Assembly (NCBI GenBank): GCA_964418715.1
Contig: CAYQMW010000003.1
Location: 1 to 32,954 of the forward strand
DNA length: 32,954 nucleotides
Origin: an uncultured Methanobrevibacter sp.
GTDB taxonomy: Archaea; Methanobacteriota; Methanobacteria; Methanobacteriales; Methanobacteriaceae
Reading direction: 5' to 3'
The notes beneath the pieces were generated by a model, which did not search any database, was not told the origin of the DNA, and saw only the letters and a program-made list of their open reading frames with translations. Of the stretch, positions 29,046-32,954 are shown one piece after another (position 1 is the stretch's first letter; every line of letters starts with the position of its first letter). Position numbers and translations under genes: made by a program.

Positions 29046-29633
29046 TTAGATGGAATTCAACATATTTGCAATAAACTGGGTTTTTGCTGAATATTCAACA
29101 AATTCTGCAAGGTCTGTTGCCTCAAGAAGATCTACTCCAGTTGTAATAATTCCATGTTCTTTTAAAACTAAAACATCTCTTGCTTCACTTTTACTAAATG
29201 CATCTCCAACTGATTCAGCTAATTCAGTAGTGCCTGGTTTTATATAATCTATTTGTGGTAAGTATGGAATATTTATTGGACCAAAACCTTCATATCTTTT
29301 AATTTTTTTATGGGAATGAGCAAAACCAGTAGCATATGGAGAATGAGTATGTACTATAGCTTTAATATCACTACGTTTTTTGTAGATATTACAATGCATA
29401 TAGACTTCTGATGATGGTTTATTTTCTCCGATAAGATTTCCATCTAAATCAACAATTGCTACATCTTCTTCTTTTAAAATTCCAAGTGATAATAATGTAG
29501 GTGATATTGCAATTAAATCATTGCCATCTTTATCTGTAAATTTAATACTTATATTGCCTGATTTACCTGGTGTTAAATCTTTATCATATACTTTTTTAGA
29601 ATAATCTACAATCAATTTTTTTACATCTTCCAT
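29046..29633 (-). CDS. fucA: Class II aldolase (L-fuculose-1-phosphate aldolase-like)
   Basis: SGNIS, KPSSEVYMH, AIVHTHSPYAT, PGTTELA and LKEHG. ATG 29633 is preferred; the track's GTG at 29642 overlaps the SD. Confidence 0.85.
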   Translation of the reverse strand: MEDVKKLIVDYSKKVYDKDLTPGKSGNISIKFTDKDGNDLIAISPTLLSLGILKEEDVAIVDLDGNLIGENKPSSEVYMHCNIYKKRSDIKAIVHTHSPYATGFAHSHKKIKRYEGFGPINIPYLPQIDYIKPGTTELAESVGDAFSKSEARDVLVLKEHGIITTGVDLLEATDLAEFVEYSAKTQFIANMLNSI

Positions 29634-29822
29634 AAAAATCACTAATCAATTTTTAAATACTTAAAATTAATTATGTTGTTTATATTTTAAAAAATTTTGT
29701 AATTTTTCAAAATTAAAATTTATTTATGAAAAATTAATCAATTAATTTATCTAAAAAACAGTATTATAATTATTTCTAGAATATAAGTAAAATAAGAAAA
29801 GTATTAAGATGATTAAAAGGAT

Positions 29823-31685
29823 TTATACAAATTTCAACTGTTTATAAACACCTTTATCAAGTATAGGTACCTCTGCTGGTGTTGGTACAATATTATAAAT
29901 TTTCTGGAACTCGGTTTGAGTCTGGAATGTTCCTGAATTAATTAAATGTATACCATTATAGACTTTATGTGTATTAATGTGTACATGGCCTGTATGGAAT
30001 ACGTCTGGTACATCATCTATTACAAGATAATCTTCAAGTTCTGATGCAAGAGGAGTTCTCTCACCATAAATAGGTGCAAGATGACGTTTTTTAAGTAGTT
30101 CTTCCATAAGAATATCGTTTCTCTCATGTGAAAATCCTTTTACACTCATTGCCAAATCATCAAAACTACGGCCATGGTAGATTAAAACTTTAATTCCATC
30201 TAGTGATACATAACCTGGATTTGATATAAATTCAACATTATCTAATTGGTATAATGCATCTGCATATTTTTCAGGTACAGCTGGCTGTGGCTCTGCAACT
30301 CTTGATGCATCGTGGTTTCCCGGTGAGATAATAATTTTAATATCATTTCTGATTTGACCTAAATAACTTGCTGCTTTATCATATTGCTGGCGAATATCTT
30401 TAATTTCAAGTTCTTTTTCCTGGTTAGGATAAACACCTATACCATCTACAATATCTCCACCAATAATAAGATATTTAACATCTTTTGCTATAGCTACTTG
30501 TTCATCACTACCATATTCACAGTTTATCCACATAATAAACCTTTCAAATGCTTCAGGAAGAAATGTTTTACTTCCAATGTGAACATCAGATAAAAATACT
30601 ATACCAAAGTCCATTTCTTTTTTAGGTATTCTTGGTACATCCGGATGAATAATCTGGTTTGCAATTGCAAGTTTATTATCCCCTGACATTTTAGTTGCAA
30701 GTATACCGACAACTTCATCTTTTACAAGTTTTTCAGCTTCAGCCATTAATTCATCATTGTCTTTACTAACAAGAATAGGAATTTGACCTGTATCATCTTC
30801 AAATTCAATTAATTTATGGCCATTTTTAGTTGTTCTAACATCATTAACCATTAAAATTAGTGAAAGATCAGTCTGATCTTTAGTAATCTCTTCGATTTTT
30901 TGAGTAACCTTTAAATCAGGCCTTTGTGATAATATTTTTGACACCTTTTCATAACGGCTTGCAAAGTAACTGATTAGATTACTAATCTCACCACTGGTAT
31001 ATGATTTTTTACTTGTATCTTGAAGGATTTCAAAGTCATAGTTTACATTGGATTTTTCCATGTTTCTTCTGTAAATTGAGTGTTCGCTTTTTACATTTTT
31101 AACATTTTCAATCTTTTCAGGTCTAATATCAGTTCCAGGATTATATCTAATTTCTGAAGCATCAAATTCTTTTTCCTCTTTTTCGTTATCATATAATCCT
31201 TTTTTCACCTTTGGTTTTTCTGCTGGTTCAGTTGAGGCCTCACTTTCAGATAAACCATTACTATCACTTGTAAGGCCATCTGTTATAGTATTATCTTTAG
31301 TATCACTTGCAACACCACTAGATACACTTCCACTTCCAGCAGTATTTTCATTTAAAGCACTTGATGATTGATTATTATTATCACTAATATTAGTCTTATC
31401 TTCAGTAGTTTCACCTTTCATGCTGGTTTGATTATTTTTATCTCCACTACTTTGAGTATTAACACTTGTAAAATCAGTTTCTGGAATATCTATACCTAAT
31501 ATTTCACTAACTACCTTTTCTGAAACTGAAACATAGTCATCCTTATTATAATCTCCACTTTTTAATTTTACAATTAAACTTGATGTTAGACCTTTAGAAT
31601 CATCAGATTCTAAAATCATCTGATAAGCTTTTGGAGATAAATTAATACCTTTTTTAGCACATTTAAGTAAAATATCTGAAGACAT
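29823..31685 (-). CDS. polB: DNA polymerase D small subunit DP1 (3'-5' exonuclease)
   Basis: OB fold ([14 protein letters not shown]) and calcineurin-like motifs [42 protein letters not shown] and [12 protein letters not shown]. Confidence 0.96.
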   Translation of the reverse strand: MSSDILLKCAKKGINLSPKAYQMILESDDSKGLTSSLIVKLKSGDYNKDDYVSVSEKVVSEILGIDIPETDFTSVNTQSSGDKNNQTSMKGETTEDKTNISDNNNQSSSALNENTAGSGSVSSGVASDTKDNTITDGLTSDSNGLSESEASTEPAEKPKVKKGLYDNEKEEKEFDASEIRYNPGTDIRPEKIENVKNVKSEHSIYRRNMEKSNVNYDFEILQDTSKKSYTSGEISNLISYFASRYEKVSKILSQRPDLKVTQKIEEITKDQTDLSLILMVNDVRTTKNGHKLIEFEDDTGQIPILVSKDNDELMAEAEKLVKDEVVGILATKMSGDNKLAIANQIIHPDVPRIPKKEMDFGIVFLSDVHIGSKTFLPEAFERFIMWINCEYGSDEQVAIAKDVKYLIIGGDIVDGIGVYPNQEKELEIKDIRQQYDKAASYLGQIRNDIKIIISPGNHDASRVAEPQPAVPEKYADALYQLDNVEFISNPGYVSLDGIKVLIYHGRSFDDLAMSVKGFSHERNDILMEELLKKRHLAPIYGERTPLASELEDYLVIDDVPDVFHTGHVHINTHKVYNGIHLINSGTFQTQTEFQKIYNIVPTPAEVPILDKGVYKQLKFV

Positions 31686-32128
31686 AATAATCCATCAATT
31701 TATATAGCTTTAATTTTTAATATTAGTTTTTTTTACTTTTTAAAATTAAGAATTTATAATTTTATTTTTTTTTATAACTAGTAATTATAATATAATTTTA
31801 AAATTATTTATAATTTATTTTTATTTTATAGGCATATTTTTACCATGTTTTTTTGATAATTTTTTTTATAATTAATCTTAAAAAAATTAATATTTTTTTA
31901 AATAAATTTATGAAAATTTTTATTTTCATTATAATTTTTAAATAGACTAATTGTTTTTTTAAATATTCTAATTTACAGTCATAAATTATCAATAAATTAG
32001 GTATGTTTTTATATAACTTTTATTAAATATATTTAACAATATTATAGATTTACCTAATTTCAAAAAAATTATTTATTACAAGTTTTATTAAATCTAATAA
32101 TTTATCCATAAAATTAAAAAGTGATAAA

Positions 32129-32686
32129 ATGAATAAAGCCCTTAAAGCAATACTTATAATTATTTTATTTATAGGTTTTTTTGAAGCTGGATTATTAAGT
32201 TCTTATACAATAGTAACTTCTCAAGTTCCAGATGTAAAAGGTTTAATGGATTTACAATTAGATACTATTGGAAGTATTTTCTCTCAGGAAAATATTAACA
32301 ATGTTGTAATTAGAGATCCAAGCTATATTAATATTACAAATAAAGAGGACTTTACCACTCACCTGAAGGAACAGGCCGGAGTAGATGGAATAGATTATAA
32401 TAATTTAACTGTAGGTACATATGATTCAACAGATGATGATTTAATTCATTTAAATATTACTGCCTATGGATATTCAGCTCCTTCTTCATCTTCATCAGGA
32501 ATCGTATTTAGTGCAACTCCTGACTATAAAATATTAGCTATAGGTACAGCTAATCTAACTTATGAAGGTTATAAGGTTAATATAGATTCTGTTGAAATAG
32601 TTTCTATCTTGAAAATATATAATCCTGATTCAATTGATGTTGGAAATAATCTAAATAATAATACAACATCTGAATATAATTTTTAG
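32129..32686 (+). CDS. Hypothetical membrane-anchored protein
   Basis: N-terminal TM (KAILIIILFIGFFEAGLLSSYTIV), SD GTGA and a clean 185-aa ORF. Confidence 0.8.
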   Translation: MNKALKAILIIILFIGFFEAGLLSSYTIVTSQVPDVKGLMDLQLDTIGSIFSQENINNVVIRDPSYINITNKEDFTTHLKEQAGVDGIDYNNLTVGTYDSTDDDLIHLNITAYGYSAPSSSSSGIVFSATPDYKILAIGTANLTYEGYKVNIDSVEIVSILKIYNPDSIDVGNNLNNNTTSEYNF

Positions 32687-32954
32687 ATTATTATTTTCTT
32701 AAATTTCAAATCCTATTTTTTCTTTTTTTAAATATTTTTATTTTTTATTTTAAAATTTACTTATTTTTTAGATTTTTATTTTAAGCTTAGCTATTTTTAA
32801 TATTTTAATTTTAACTTTATTTATTTTTAATATTTTTTCTTTTAAAGCTTATTTATTTTTAAAATTTTAATTTAAACTATAATTATTTTTTTTTTTATAA
32901 ATTTAAGATTAAGTGCATTGTTACTCTTTTACAAATTCTAATTAATTAAATTAA

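Noticed and set aside
15276-30593. Remaining short overlapping ORFs (15276, 15546, 16211, 16421, 19618, 20470, 20591, 20812, 21256, 23733, 27825, 29050, 30384)
   Set aside because: All are nested in or antisense to longer, motif-supported CDSs. Those inside the adhesin mirror its repeats.
31686-32128. Long T-rich intergenic tracts (also 10860-11130 and 32690-32954) considered as ncRNA or repeats
   Set aside because: Low-complexity AT sequence typical of promoters and terminators in this genome, with no GC-supported structure.

Overview
Very AT-rich archaeal chromosomal window, most likely from a Methanobrevibacter-like methanogen (Methanobacteriales). The taxon is inferred from Orc1/Cdc6, PolD DP1, TfrA, UPF0147, a Methanobrevibacter-style adhesin and TTACACTTGAAAT-type mini-ORB repeats. 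The backbone reads ribB-tfrA-dadD-hisG-FAH-flavodoxin-pyrB-(unannotated 51-aa ORF)-cdc6-[oriC]-hypothetical-cbiB-cbiG ... UPF0147-fucA-DP1-membrane protein. Three things stand out. (1) A complete bacterial FMN (RFN) riboswitch with an intact expression platform sits in front of a proteobacterial-type ribB in an archaeon. (2) The probable replication origin lies upstream of cdc6, with about 9 mini-ORBs in two orientations. (3) A ~15 kb accessory block (13.7-28.3 kb) encodes a teichoic-acid-like glycerol-phosphate polymer system: a bacterial sn-glycerol-3-phosphate dehydrogenase (GpsA), a LicC-like nucleotidyltransferase, three TagF/TagB-family proteins, GT2s, an acyltransferase-3 and an adhesin. 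No rRNA, tRNA, CRISPR array or transposase was seen. All family calls come from motif recognition by eye; no searches were run.
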